From an uncultured Clostridiaceae bacterium (lineage in GTDB: Bacteria; Bacillota; Clostridia; JAAYHZ01), in NCBI GenBank assembly GCA_964547525.1, contig CAZJOD010000003.1, forward strand, positions 1 through 63,176: DNA of 63,176 nucleotides. The letters are read 5' to 3'. The notes below the pieces were generated by a model. That model was given only the letters and a program-made list of their open reading frames with translations, ran no database searches and had not been told where the DNA came from. Position numbers and translations under genes: made by a program. Below, one piece after another: positions 19,522 through 29,661 of this stretch (its first letter is position 1; every line of letters starts with the position of its first letter).

Positions 19522-19824
19522 CTATTTGTCTAAAAATGTCAGACCACCACTCAATACTCCCTTCGCTAAAACGATACGAACGATAACGGTATCGTTATCC
19601 GGAGATATGTAAATATACCGGCCATATTTTCCGGCTGAAAAATAATCGTACCCGCTCTTATCATTTTTTATGCTGTACCACATATACCGGTATCCTACAT
19701 TAACATCCTTTAAAAGATCACTGTCTATCTCCCTATACATCAGAGGTTCCGGTGCGACACCAAGCAGCAATGGATGGTAATTATTATAGTGAAATTGCCC
19801 ATGATAGTTTGAGTCAACACTCAT
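19522..19824 (-). pseudogene. 3' remnant of a class-C beta-lactamase-family serine hydrolase
   Basis: The 100-aa ORF matches only the C-terminal region of such enzymes (GYRYMWY...SAGKYGRYIYISPDNDTVIVRI). No SxxK-containing N-terminal part exists, because the upstream neighbour ends at 19836. Confidence 0.45.
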
Positions 19825-19835
19825 GTAAATTTATT

Positions 19836-20633
19836 TCAATTTTTTTTATTTGCTTTCCGTATCATATTTCTGATCATATTGTCGATTAAGGTGCCGAACA
19901 TCAAACGAATCGGTCCAAGCCGGGCGTCAGTGTAATATTGTGTTTCAAACCAACCTTTATTAGAATAGTATTCTTTATCGGCAGGCAGTACTTCATCACT
20001 ATATTTCATGGACGTCCGTGTCATGCGAAATATAGCAAGTCTAAAGAAAGTCGGCTGTTTTTCTTTGTAATTTTGAACAGCTGTGATCAACCGTGATGCT
20101 GCGCTTGATATGGTTGCTCTATTTTTATTTGCAATGTTTTCCGGAATCGTACCGGTTGGGTAAAGACTACCGGTGACAACAGCACCTTTTATTGTTCTGC
20201 ATCCCCAGAAGTCCATGAGCTCATCAATGTATTTGACAATTTTCTTACCTCCGTACACACCCTGTACGACGATAGCTATCGAGACTTTTCCAAAGAGTCT
20301 TGGTCGGTGAAACACATATGCAAGTCTGTCATATAAGTTTTTCAATATTGCGGGTACCTGCAGCGAATAATTGGGTGTTACAGTTACGATACCGTCTGCC
20401 CAAAGCATTTTTTCCAATACTTGATTTGCCGAATCGTCACAGTATTTGCACATATTCTCTCCGCGATCAAGGCACAGTGCGCATCCCTTACACGGACTGA
20501 TCTGTTCATTGCGCAAAACGATTCTGTCACATTCGGCAACTCCGGACTCTTGTAACATTTCGATTATCGAGTCCGCAGTCTTCTTTGTCCAACCCGGCTT
20601 TAAACCTGCATCAATTACGAGTATCTTTTTCAT
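19836..20633 (-). CDS. Flavodoxin-fold NAD(P)H-dependent oxidoreductase / iron-sulfur flavoprotein-like protein
   Basis: MKKILVIDAG N-terminus, Cys cluster CKGCALC...CKYC, and VTPNYSLQVPAILKN, which is typical of the FMN-reductase fold. GGAGGA RBS. Confidence 0.6.
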   Translation of the reverse strand: MKKILVIDAGLKPGWTKKTADSIIEMLQESGVAECDRIVLRNEQISPCKGCALCLDRGENMCKYCDDSANQVLEKMLWADGIVTVTPNYSLQVPAILKNLYDRLAYVFHRPRLFGKVSIAIVVQGVYGGKKIVKYIDELMDFWGCRTIKGAVVTGSLYPTGTIPENIANKNRATISSAASRLITAVQNYKEKQPTFFRLAIFRMTRTSMKYSDEVLPADKEYYSNKGWFETQYYTDARLGPIRLMFGTLIDNMIRNMIRKANKKN

Positions 20634-21184
20634 ACATCCTCCAATATTTTTAATATGGTTCTGTCATTAACCTGCAAAAGTAAAAAACCACAATATTCTT
20701 TTAGCATTAATAATTTGCCGATAAAAGCGTCTTTGACATCCACGCATACGTTAAGGTATACAACAAATGCTGTAAAAATAATTATAATTCCCCTCCACGC
20801 AAATATAACGGTCATAAGCGACCGCTATAAAATCAAAATTCCGATGGATCCCAAGCATGCAGTGCATAAACTATCCTGCAGATCAAGTATTATGGGACGC
20901 TTATAATTATGCTATTATATATCTGATTTTCTCAAGTGTATTTTTAATACATACTTATTATAGCACCTTGTTGATAACCTAACAAGATCTTGTTTTTACA
21001 ACAAATTTATAAAAAATTGTATTAATCCATTAACATGATATGCTATATTCCCACAACTATTTTATTATTGCCGATGACTCCTGTCCAAATACAGGTATTG
21101 CCCCCTAAATAACGATGAATATCTTCATTGGAATCTATCCGGTGCAAACGACATACCTAAATATGTTATGTTGATCCTTAATAT

Positions 21185-22453
21185 CTAACCTGTTAGGCTT
21201 CTAATAATTGTTATCGCTTGATGGAGCTTACCAATATTGTTTGATAATGTATACACATCTCTGTAAATAAATTCTAAAGGAATACCCGATGCTGCATGAA
21301 TAGTCTTTTTTATATGAGCTTTGAACCCATTTACATCAAAACTATATCCTTCGCCAATAAAATTAGGGCTTGGTTTTCTTGAATAAATTATCTTTTCACC
21401 ATGTGATATTTTGTGACGCAGGGCATCTCCCATAAATTCTTCATTACACCAAGGAGAAATCGAAATTTTCCTTAAGTTAGGAATATATTGCAAACAATCC
21501 TGCCAGAAAGTATTTACCGGTTCACAGCAACCATAATATATTAATCCGAATTTTTCTGCCAACTTCATATAATAAGGAAAAATAACTTCCTTGAACATGC
21601 CAGGAGAAATACTGACTGTTTCCTGGGAATTAAAATTTCCCCACAAATCATAAGTAGTAATAGTTTTGTTTGATACTTTGCTACGTGGAAGTTCATCAGT
21701 AAATCCATAACTACCTGCTCCCGCATAATCATTATAATTATTAAGAGTTAATAATCCTTCAGTTTGCTGCCAGTTAAGAAAATTTAAAATATCATCTGTA
21801 ATGATTTGATACAGAGTATGCATTTTATCGGGATGATCAATAAGTCCATACATCATTTTTTCAAATCCTAATGTATGTACCACATGAGCGGACGGAGATA
21901 ATACCCATCGTAAGGAATCATTCTTTATCTTTACAGGTAAGATGTCTCCAACTGTATCCTCAATTAAGTTTACCATTAAATCAAAGGGTTTCCTTTGTAT
22001 CGTGAAAGTTGATTTTTTAAGGGTTTTTAAGTCTTCTTCAATGTTTTGTATTACATATTTCCATGTATAACCCACTTGCCTTCCTAATCTGTCGGCAGCC
22101 CGAGTAGTTTCAAAATCCATATCAAATCTTTTAAATTGGATAGGCATATATAATGTAAAGTAATCCGGTATTACTTTATCATCTTGAATTAATTCATAGT
22201 TTATAATATCACGAAGTATATCTCTTTCAATTATCCGGGCTTTTGGGGATAAACATTTTAACGGAGGAAGGATTTCATTTTCAAATGTTGTTGTTTCGAT
22301 AACAATGATGGGTTTGTCAGATTTACAATTATTATGTTCATACCAATGTTTTTTTCGAGCTTCGGTTAAAGGTGAATTTGCATATGATAATTGCCTCTTT
22401 GCCAATTCTCTAAGGTAGTCTCTGTCTTGTTTATTTATATACCCCTTATCCAT
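21185..22453 (-). CDS. Hypothetical cytoplasmic protein (possibly a URO-D-like TIM barrel)
   Basis: 422-aa ORF with no signal peptide. The C-terminal IYYGCCEPV...ISISPWC pattern is reminiscent of uroporphyrinogen-decarboxylase-like proteins. Family assignment is weak. Confidence 0.3.
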   Translation of the reverse strand: MDKGYINKQDRDYLRELAKRQLSYANSPLTEARKKHWYEHNNCKSDKPIIVIETTTFENEILPPLKCLSPKARIIERDILRDIINYELIQDDKVIPDYFTLYMPIQFKRFDMDFETTRAADRLGRQVGYTWKYVIQNIEEDLKTLKKSTFTIQRKPFDLMVNLIEDTVGDILPVKIKNDSLRWVLSPSAHVVHTLGFEKMMYGLIDHPDKMHTLYQIITDDILNFLNWQQTEGLLTLNNYNDYAGAGSYGFTDELPRSKVSNKTITTYDLWGNFNSQETVSISPGMFKEVIFPYYMKLAEKFGLIYYGCCEPVNTFWQDCLQYIPNLRKISISPWCNEEFMGDALRHKISHGEKIIYSRKPSPNFIGEGYSFDVNGFKAHIKKTIHAASGIPLEFIYRDVYTLSNNIGKLHQAITIIRSLTG

Positions 22454-22636
22454 TTCTAATACTCCCTAAAAATAGAATAATTAAAAATTATTTTTAATTC
22501 AGTTTTATTATATATAAGTCTTTTATCGGAGTCAATTTAATGACATACGATTATCCACACTAATCATATAGAATTCTTTTCAATTCAACTTAATTGTTAT
22601 AATAATTGCTATGGGCTTGGTTTATTATGGATATCT

Positions 22637-23752
22637 TTAACTAAACTCTTGTATATTTTCCACATCAACTTCGATGTATTCACCTTTTTCTAACATTATA
22701 TGCCCCGAACTGTAGGTCTCCCCTTCAATCGTAATACCCACTTTATCTACTTGGAAATAATGACCAAACGTATTCGCAATACTTGTTAGAATCATTAATT
22801 CAAGTGCGCTCCCTGCATTCATTTCTGTTATAAACTCTCTTGATAAATCAATGGATACAACTTCGTTTTCCTTATCAACGTCTAAACCTAATATAGAAGC
22901 ATTCGGGGTCAATATAACTCTTAGATCTCCAGCTGCCGGAACTTGTTTGAGTTCCTCCTCAAACATATCAATTATATCTTTATTTGTATTGATTTCTACT
23001 TCCCTGACAATATAAACAATCCTGTCGTTATTTAAGTCGGGAAAAAATAAAATTAGCCTTTGTTCAAAAGGTTCTCCCTTTTTAACAAATTCTAACTCAC
23101 TTGTAACTTTCGATGATTGATCTCCATTTGGAATAAATTCATTTTTTATAAGGCCTAATCCTCTGACATAATAATTTTTTATAACAAAACCTTCACCTTC
23201 CGTTGTGATTTCTAAAGCCTTAAAACTTCCATATGGTACTTCAATGTCCATGTCAACGGCGGTTATACTTCTTGATAAACCGTCTTCTAAGATCCATGCG
23301 GTACCTTCTTGGATAGGCATTTTTATAACAATTTCATCTTGGTTACGTTCTTCGGTATAATCCAAGGTGTAATATACCTCACCTTCAAAGTACACCAGTT
23401 TTAGTGCTTCATCTTCAATCACATACACTGAAATTGATTCTGTTCCGGGGTTTATGTTTCTAATTTGCATCTTATCATCTTTTAAATAAGTCACATATGT
23501 TTCAAATTCAGCATACTCGTTCCCGCTGCCACGATATCGCATATAAACATTTTCCTCAAAGGGTAAATATTCTGATGCTTGTAGTTTGTCACCATCTGCT
23601 TGTTCAACCGGTACTGTTGTGATTACCCGTTCAGGTGTTGTGCCTGGTGTAGTACCTGGTGTAGTACCGTTATCAGGAGTTTCCGCAGTTCTGCATGATG
23701 AAAATATAATAATAGTACAAATTATCCAATATATTAAGCTCAATTTTTTCAT
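22637..23752 (-). CDS. Lipoprotein with a C-terminal GerMN domain
   Basis: Signal peptide plus lipobox IFSSC. A TPGTTPGTTPE linker follows. The C-terminal region (VVSIDLSREF...ILTSIANTF...VGITIEGE) is GerMN-like. Confidence 0.6.
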   Translation of the reverse strand: MKKLSLIYWIICTIIIFSSCRTAETPDNGTTPGTTPGTTPERVITTVPVEQADGDKLQASEYLPFEENVYMRYRGSGNEYAEFETYVTYLKDDKMQIRNINPGTESISVYVIEDEALKLVYFEGEVYYTLDYTEERNQDEIVIKMPIQEGTAWILEDGLSRSITAVDMDIEVPYGSFKALEITTEGEGFVIKNYYVRGLGLIKNEFIPNGDQSSKVTSELEFVKKGEPFEQRLILFFPDLNNDRIVYIVREVEINTNKDIIDMFEEELKQVPAAGDLRVILTPNASILGLDVDKENEVVSIDLSREFITEMNAGSALELMILTSIANTFGHYFQVDKVGITIEGETYSSGHIMLEKGEYIEVDVENIQEFS

Positions 23753-23981
23753 TTATGACCTCCAATGTTTCTATTTAATAACATTAGCATACCCCATTAT
23801 AAGAATATATACAAATATACGCGAAAAAATTTAGACAAAAAATTTAACGATATTAAAGAAGAAATTCCTTGGTTTTATATGTAGTCAAAAGTATGAATTT
23901 AGTATGTCAAATAAAAAAATTTAATATCAGTCCCGGAATTCATGCATAAAGCTGCAGAAATTGATTTATCGGTTAAAAAAA

Positions 23982-24821
23982 TTACAGATGATCTTCAAAA
24001 ATTTTAATGACCGCTTCATATGCTCTGTATAAATATTCTTCAACGCTTTCTGTTTTGGCTTTTTCTGATTCGGCAATTATCTCAAACATTAAGTCTCCTT
24101 GATAATTTGCATTAATAAAGGCCTTCTTTAATTTTTCAAAATCCATATTGCCATCTCCCGGAATAAGGTGATCGTCATTATAACCATGATTATCATGAAG
24201 ATGAGTCGTTACCAGTTTATCAGAATATTTTTCAACTAATTCGGCAAAACGATTTCCCCAGATACGATCATGTCCGCTATCATAACAAAACTTTAATTTA
24301 TCCGATTCAAGTGCTTCGAATACCTTTTCTACATACTCCGGATTTTGAGTGTTTTCAATGGCAAAGATAACATCTTTTCTTTCCGCCAGATCAATAATTC
24401 GCTTTATTCTATCAATACCTGTATCATTTGCAGGATGAGGATTGTGCCCAATGGTAATATGTGCTACCGCTATCGGAATTTCATAATCTGCACATTCGCT
24501 CAAACATTCAAGCGTTCTTTTAAGAACATATTCCCCATCCTCGTTATTAGCCCAAAAATCATTACAGGATGCATACTTGTATGTAGGGTTAGTACTTATT
24601 TCCCTTTCCGCCCAAACATATGGCATATGAATGTTATCTATGTACAAATTATTTGAGATGGCACTATCTACCTGATGCTCCTTTGGTCCGTTGAATCCCT
24701 CGGAACCCCACCAAAAGCACACGCTATCGAATCCTGCATCTTTTATAAGTTTCATTTGTTCTTCTGTTTTTAACTTGTATCCAAACCAAGATGAATACAT
24801 TCCAATACGCTTTTTATACAT
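23982..24821 (-). CDS. Sugar phosphate isomerase/epimerase (xylose-isomerase-like TIM barrel)
   Basis: IFAIEN and TTHLHDNHGYNDDHLIPGDGNMDF motifs. Confidence 0.7.
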   Translation of the reverse strand: MYKKRIGMYSSWFGYKLKTEEQMKLIKDAGFDSVCFWWGSEGFNGPKEHQVDSAISNNLYIDNIHMPYVWAEREISTNPTYKYASCNDFWANNEDGEYVLKRTLECLSECADYEIPIAVAHITIGHNPHPANDTGIDRIKRIIDLAERKDVIFAIENTQNPEYVEKVFEALESDKLKFCYDSGHDRIWGNRFAELVEKYSDKLVTTHLHDNHGYNDDHLIPGDGNMDFEKLKKAFINANYQGDLMFEIIAESEKAKTESVEEYLYRAYEAVIKIFEDHL

Positions 24822-24869
24822 AAAACCCTCATTTTTTCATTTTTAATTATTAACTTAAATATCTGTTAT

Positions 24870-25658
24870 CTATATTAATTCAAGTTTTTTAAAAACCTTA
24901 TATATTCCATCCCGTGTAATATCATCGGTTACCATATCCGCAACAGTTTTTAGCTCATCACATGCATTTCCAACTGCAATACCAAGTCCTGCTTTTCTTA
25001 TCATTTCAATATCGTTAATTCCATCTCCCACAGCTATAACATCATTAATATCAAACCCGAAATAATTCGCACATATCTCAATTCCCTTTCCTTTTGATAT
25101 ACCCTTTTTTACTATGTCAGCGTACCCGTCACAAAAATATATCTGAGGAAACTCAAGCATTGTTTTCTTCTGACCGTGCCAATTGCCCGAAACACCATAT
25201 ACCGTCAACGAAAACAACGCAGGTATATTCGAATCATCAGGAAAAGGTTTCATAACACCCCATAGTCCGCTTTCCTCTCTTACGTACGAATATGTAGCCT
25301 CTGATACACCATGTTCAAAAATATAGTCTTCATGGGCTCCGAATATGTATACATCATCATTCTTTATATAATTATAAATATCTGTTGATAATTCTTTACT
25401 TAGTTTGTTTTCAATCATTTTGTCTGTGAACACCACTTGTGCTCCGTTGTTAAACACTCCGTCACACGGCATTTCAAGAAGGTCACAGCATCTTTGACAT
25501 AAATGTCTGCTTCGCCCCGTTGCGATGGCAACAATGTGACCATTCTTACGTAGCATGGAAACAGCTTTCTTCGTTTGTTCAGGTATAAATGACATTCCTT
25601 CCTTATGACAAAAAAGCGTATTATCAATATCAAAAAAAATTAATTTTCTATCACTCAT
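24870..25658 (-). CDS. Cof-type HAD-IIB phosphatase
   Basis: FFDIDNTL (DxDxT), ATGR and GDGINDIEM motifs. It overlaps the upstream gene by 8 nt. Confidence 0.8.
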   Translation of the reverse strand: MSDRKLIFFDIDNTLFCHKEGMSFIPEQTKKAVSMLRKNGHIVAIATGRSRHLCQRCCDLLEMPCDGVFNNGAQVVFTDKMIENKLSKELSTDIYNYIKNDDVYIFGAHEDYIFEHGVSEATYSYVREESGLWGVMKPFPDDSNIPALFSLTVYGVSGNWHGQKKTMLEFPQIYFCDGYADIVKKGISKGKGIEICANYFGFDINDVIAVGDGINDIEMIRKAGLGIAVGNACDELKTVADMVTDDITRDGIYKVFKKLELI

Positions 25659-26364
25659 TTGTTTTTACCTTGATTTCATGAAATTTAGATCCGTATATCT
25701 GTTTTAATTCTGCCATACCTTTAGAATCAATAATCACAAGTGCACAACTGGCAGGTCCTGCAGACTTCATTAAATCGACCTCCGATTGAACCGATACAAT
25801 TCCAAAATTCTTTAATTCGTTATATATACCACCTGATCCGCAAGGAATTATCTCATAAACATATTGGTTGTTCAAAAGCTGCAAAACATCTTTGGGTGTT
25901 ATCATTTTTTCCGGAAAATCTAATATTTCTTGTCCGACCAACGGATCACCGATAACAATATATGAAGGGTTTATATATTCCTTTTGAGTCTGTATATCAC
26001 GCAGACCGGTTATTGATATTGTTATACTTGTTTGATAAACTTTAAAATTCTTTTCACTACTTGCCACATATGGTACATTATAAAAACCGAATTTCTCAAA
26101 AGCCTCAATAAATCCTTTTTGTGTTTCAAAGAACAGATCATTATTCGCAATGTGATTAAAAGAATATGCCACAGGTATCGCTTTTTGTGTTACAATTTCC
26201 ATTAAAGCGACACGCGCGGTTAAGCCGGCTACGACTTTCATTGATATATGAATAAAATCCTTATCTAAAAGTCCTACACCCGTACACCCGTCTGTTGTTA
26301 TAACTATTTCCCTATGAGCATCTATTGGTGTTATTACAGCGTCTCTGATATTGCCTGTTTTCAT
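25651..26364 (-). CDS. PurM/ThiL-like ATP-binding protein, possibly an alpha-ribazole kinase (CblS-like)
   Basis: ITTDGCTGVG and ARVALMEIVTQKAIPVA resemble the PurM-superfamily N-domain. The gene is embedded in the cobalamin salvage operon. The functional call rests on context. Confidence 0.35.
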   Translation of the reverse strand: MKTGNIRDAVITPIDAHREIVITTDGCTGVGLLDKDFIHISMKVVAGLTARVALMEIVTQKAIPVAYSFNHIANNDLFFETQKGFIEAFEKFGFYNVPYVASSEKNFKVYQTSITISITGLRDIQTQKEYINPSYIVIGDPLVGQEILDFPEKMITPKDVLQLLNNQYVYEIIPCGSGGIYNELKNFGIVSVQSEVDLMKSAGPASCALVIIDSKGMAELKQIYGSKFHEIKVKTNE

Positions 26365-26365
26365 T

Positions 26366-26773
26366 TTATTTACCCTTTATCCTTACAGGGATACCTGCAA
26401 AAACCCGATCAACGATATCGGCATTTTTACATATAAACTGATAAACCCTGCCTGTTTCATCTCTCCATAATCTTTCAAAAGAATCAATCGGAACTATTCC
26501 GCATCCTATTTCATCTCCGGTTATAATTTTCTCATTAAATAATAAGACCATATCTTTGATTATCCGGAGAGGCTCCTCTTTTCTTTTTAAAGTATGTTTA
26601 ACCCATTCATGCAAATTAATAATGATATCAAAGTCATTACAATCATAAATGCTATTATCTTCTTCTGCCAGATCTAATACTTTAAACGAATTATCATCCT
26701 TTAAAGACAATGCATATTCTTTTTTGCCCTGAGATCTGCCTCCTAAAATAAAATGCACCGCATTTTCCTCCAT
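26366..26773 (-). CDS. Short CobU-like protein (paralog of adenosylcobinamide kinase/guanylyltransferase with a divergent P-loop)
   Basis: 135 aa. P-loop-like GGRSQGKK. The C-terminus GCGIVPIDSFERLWRDETGRVYQFICKNADIVDRVFAGIPVRIKG matches the CobU C-terminal pattern. Confidence 0.5.
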   Translation of the reverse strand: MEENAVHFILGGRSQGKKEYALSLKDDNSFKVLDLAEEDNSIYDCNDFDIIINLHEWVKHTLKRKEEPLRIIKDMVLLFNEKIITGDEIGCGIVPIDSFERLWRDETGRVYQFICKNADIVDRVFAGIPVRIKGK

Positions 26774-26789
26774 TTCCGCTATTGTTGTT

Positions 26790-26975
26790 TTACTTTAACG
26801 GTTTTTGTTGTGACATATTCCCATCACCTGCTTTGAGGCGGGGTTTTTTTGGGATGTACATACTAATGCCGTCATAATTTCCAAGTGCTACCTTTCTCAT
26901 CGGTTCTTGATTTACCGGATTATGTCTAGCATATAACATCCTTGTTCCGTTTACAAAATGTTTCCAAAAAGCCAA
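26790..26975 (-). CDS. Hypothetical 61-aa ORF inside the cobalamin operon (TTG start)
   Basis: AGGATGAGG lies 5 nt upstream of the TTG. No recognisable motif. It fills a 245-nt gap between cobO and the CobU-like gene. Confidence 0.2.
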   Translation of the reverse strand: MAFWKHFVNGTRMLYARHNPVNQEPMRKVALGNYDGISMYIPKKPRLKAGDGNMSQQKPLK

Positions 26976-27018
26976 TTTAACCTCATCCTAAATAAGCGGG
27001 AGATTTCTTTGTGCAATG

Positions 27019-27552
27019 TTAAAACTCAATACACACTTGAGCTTTTACTCCGCTTTTAAAATGGTGTTTAATCTCTTTCATTTCCGTTACCATATCCGCA
27101 AAATTTATTAGATTCTCACTTGCTTTTCGTCCTGTCAAAACCACATGCATTCCATCGGGACGATTTCTTAAAATATCAATAACCTTGTCCTCTGAAATAA
27201 TATCACTAATGTCAAAATCGAATATATTTAGAGCATAAATAATCTCATCTAATATCACCATATCATAGTTGCCATTAATTATTTTATCCGAGGCTACTTC
27301 AAAGACGGCTTTTAAAGCTTCCCGGCTTTCTGATTCGTTAGTTTTATCTGTAAAACCCACTCCACCTTTTATTATTTCTGCCCCGAGTCTTTCTAGTGCT
27401 TTATGCTCACCGCAGTTTAATCGGGAAGATTTTATAAATTGGATTATACAAAGCTTTTTTCCGTTTCCAATCGTTCTTAAGGCCATACCCAAGGCCGCCG
27501 TTGTCTTACCCTTACCATCTCCTGTGTTTATAATCACTAATCCTTTTTTCAT
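27019..27552 (-). CDS. cobO: Cob(I)yrinic acid a,c-diamide / corrinoid adenosyltransferase (CobO/BtuR type)
   Basis: GDGKGKTTAALGMALR P-loop, 177 aa, LDE motif. Confidence 0.85.
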   Translation of the reverse strand: MKKGLVIINTGDGKGKTTAALGMALRTIGNGKKLCIIQFIKSSRLNCGEHKALERLGAEIIKGGVGFTDKTNESESREALKAVFEVASDKIINGNYDMVILDEIIYALNIFDFDISDIISEDKVIDILRNRPDGMHVVLTGRKASENLINFADMVTEMKEIKHHFKSGVKAQVCIEF

Positions 27553-27565
27553 GATTTTTCTCCCG

Positions 27566-28339
27566 TTAATATATAAAAGCCAATACTCCGAACATTATTA
27601 ATTCTGATAATTCCACAAAAGCACCCAAAATATCTCCCGTTATTCCACCAAAGTTTTTTTTGGAAGAAAAATAATAAAACACATAATATGCTACGGGAAG
27701 TATTGATAACCAAATTACCTTTGTTCCAAACAAAGCCATTAATCCGATGGCTAATGCCATATATAAAATATAAAAATACATTAATTTTTGTATTCTCAAT
27801 GATTCACCGTACATTTTTGCCAAGCCGTCATCCTTTGCAAAAGGAAACATATATAACATCGATGTTTGAAGTGTGCGTGACAAAACGGGAATAAATAATA
27901 CCGCTAAATAAAGATTGCTTGTCTTTGAAAATATTTCATATATAAATGCAAACTTTAACATCAATAATGAAATAATACTCATAGCCGCAAAGGCTCCTAT
28001 GTTAGAATCCTTCATGATACTTAGCTTTTTATCTTTATCTCTCCTTGAAAAATACGCATCGGCCGTGTCCATTAATCCGTCCATATGCAGGCCACCTGTT
28101 ATAAATAAATAATATAACAAAAGAAGAATTGCCTTAAGCAATGAAGTTAAACCCGAAACATAAAGTACATAAAAAAGCGCACACCCTATTCCACCGATTA
28201 TGGCACCCACAAGCGGGAATGTTAACGGCATCAGCTGAATTCTTTTATCTGTCCATTGAATCATAGGCATTGGTATGAAAGTTAAGAATGACAATGCCAT
28301 TATAAATGCTAAAAACAGATTGATCACCATTTCAATCAT
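27566..28339 (-). CDS. cobS: Adenosylcobinamide-GDP ribazoletransferase (cobalamin synthase)
   Basis: 257-aa polytopic membrane protein with ALSFLTFIP, GGLHMDGLMDTADA and GGITGD motifs. Confidence 0.85.
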   Translation of the reverse strand: MIEMVINLFLAFIMALSFLTFIPMPMIQWTDKRIQLMPLTFPLVGAIIGGIGCALFYVLYVSGLTSLLKAILLLLYYLFITGGLHMDGLMDTADAYFSRRDKDKKLSIMKDSNIGAFAAMSIISLLMLKFAFIYEIFSKTSNLYLAVLFIPVLSRTLQTSMLYMFPFAKDDGLAKMYGESLRIQKLMYFYILYMALAIGLMALFGTKVIWLSILPVAYYVFYYFSSKKNFGGITGDILGAFVELSELIMFGVLAFIY

Positions 28340-28887
28340 ACTAACACCTCATTAAGCAAGTTTTCTCCTTTGATTATGACCGTTAGCCCATATACACACT
28401 CGACTATAATATCTGCATGTTTAGCAATTCCATAGTGTGTTTTTGCCATTATGTCGAGGAATTTCTCAGTAATCTCGTCATATTCTTTTCCTTCCGAAAA
28501 AACCTCATTTGATACAACAATTAAGTTTTGAACTTTTTCATTTATTTTAAAAATTCCATCATATATCTTTTTATAAATATCATTATCCGAAGTATCTTTT
28601 TTTTGTTTTAACAGTTCATTTGTAATTAATGTTCCTAGGCATTCCAACAAAACGGTGCTTTTTTCATCTATGTTTTTCACAGCTTCTTCTATGTTATAAG
28701 GTTGTTCAATTGTCACAAAACCCGAATCTTTACGTGAGTTTTTGTGATGTAATATTCTGTTTTTCATTTCTTCATCGTAAGGTACAGCCGTTGCAATATA
28801 TGTTTTATTATCACTCATAGCATGTGCGAGCTTTTCCGCAAAAAAGCTTTTCCCGCTTCTTACTCCGCCTGTTATTAATACCAACAT
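28336..28887 (-). CDS. cobU: Bifunctional adenosylcobinamide kinase / adenosylcobinamide-phosphate guanylyltransferase
   Basis: MLVLITGGVRSGKSFFAE P-loop, 183 aa. 4-nt overlap with cobS. Confidence 0.85.
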   Translation of the reverse strand: MLVLITGGVRSGKSFFAEKLAHAMSDNKTYIATAVPYDEEMKNRILHHKNSRKDSGFVTIEQPYNIEEAVKNIDEKSTVLLECLGTLITNELLKQKKDTSDNDIYKKIYDGIFKINEKVQNLIVVSNEVFSEGKEYDEITEKFLDIMAKTHYGIAKHADIIVECVYGLTVIIKGENLLNEVLV

Positions 28888-28890
28888 TAA

Positions 28891-29646
28891 TTACCTCCAA
28901 TGAGATGTAAGTTTATTCATCCAGTTATATACGTCAATATTGTAAACATTTTTCAAGTTATCACAGGATAACACATCACTCACTTTTCCATAAGAATAGT
29001 TAACACCGTCCTTTATAAGAAGGGCTTTTGTGGCATAAGTATATACAAAGTTCAGATCATGAACAATCGCCATTACCGACCTGTCTCCTTCTTTGACCCA
29101 TTCTTTTACAATTTCAAATATTTCTATCTGGTACTGCAAATCAAGGTGATTCGTAGGTTCGTCCAATATTATTATTTTCGGTCTTTGGGTAAATATTTGT
29201 GCGAGAAAAACTCTTTGCAGTTCTCCCCCTGACAGCGTCAATATGGAACGATGTTGCAGTTGTTTAATACCGGTAATCTCCATAGCGTTATCTATTATAT
29301 CGTTATCATTGTCAGTAAGTGTGGCAAACAAGCCTTTTTTATGACAATACCTGCCTAATTCAACTACCTGCCTTACTTGATAATCAAATTGAATGTTATG
29401 CCTTTGAGACAAAACTCCAATCTCTTTGGCAAGGTCTTTCGGGTTAATAGTTGAGATATCTTTTCCATCCAAAAAAGCTTTGCCCTTATGAGGTATTATT
29501 CCCATAATGGCTTTAATTAACATTGTCTTACCTGCACCATTTGGTCCTGATATGGTAAAAATATCATTTTTATTCAGTTCAAAACATATGTCGCTGACAA
29601 TTGACGTACCGGCTATTGTAACTGATATATTTTCAACCTTTAACAT
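28891..29646 (-). CDS. btuD: ABC transporter ATP-binding protein (FecE/BtuD type; corrinoid import by context)
   Basis: Walker A GPNGAGKT, signature LSGGELQR, Walker B IIILDEPT. Confidence 0.8.
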   Translation of the reverse strand: MLKVENISVTIAGTSIVSDICFELNKNDIFTISGPNGAGKTMLIKAIMGIIPHKGKAFLDGKDISTINPKDLAKEIGVLSQRHNIQFDYQVRQVVELGRYCHKKGLFATLTDNDNDIIDNAMEITGIKQLQHRSILTLSGGELQRVFLAQIFTQRPKIIILDEPTNHLDLQYQIEIFEIVKEWVKEGDRSVMAIVHDLNFVYTYATKALLIKDGVNYSYGKVSDVLSCDNLKNVYNIDVYNWMNKLTSHWR

Positions 29647-29661
29647 TAGGACTCTCCTTTT

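Noticed and set aside
20630-20815. 61-aa ORF whose TGA overlaps the ATG of the flavodoxin-fold gene (ATGA)
   Set aside because: The ATGA overlap looked like translational coupling. However, there is no RBS before its ATG, and the overlap comes from the downstream gene's own GGAGG/ATG context. It is probably chance.
23634-23669. Short tandem DNA repeat (cctggtgtagta x ~3) inside the GerMN lipoprotein gene
   Set aside because: It encodes the TPGTTPGTTP linker after the lipobox. This is an ordinary low-complexity linker, not a CRISPR or regulatory repeat.
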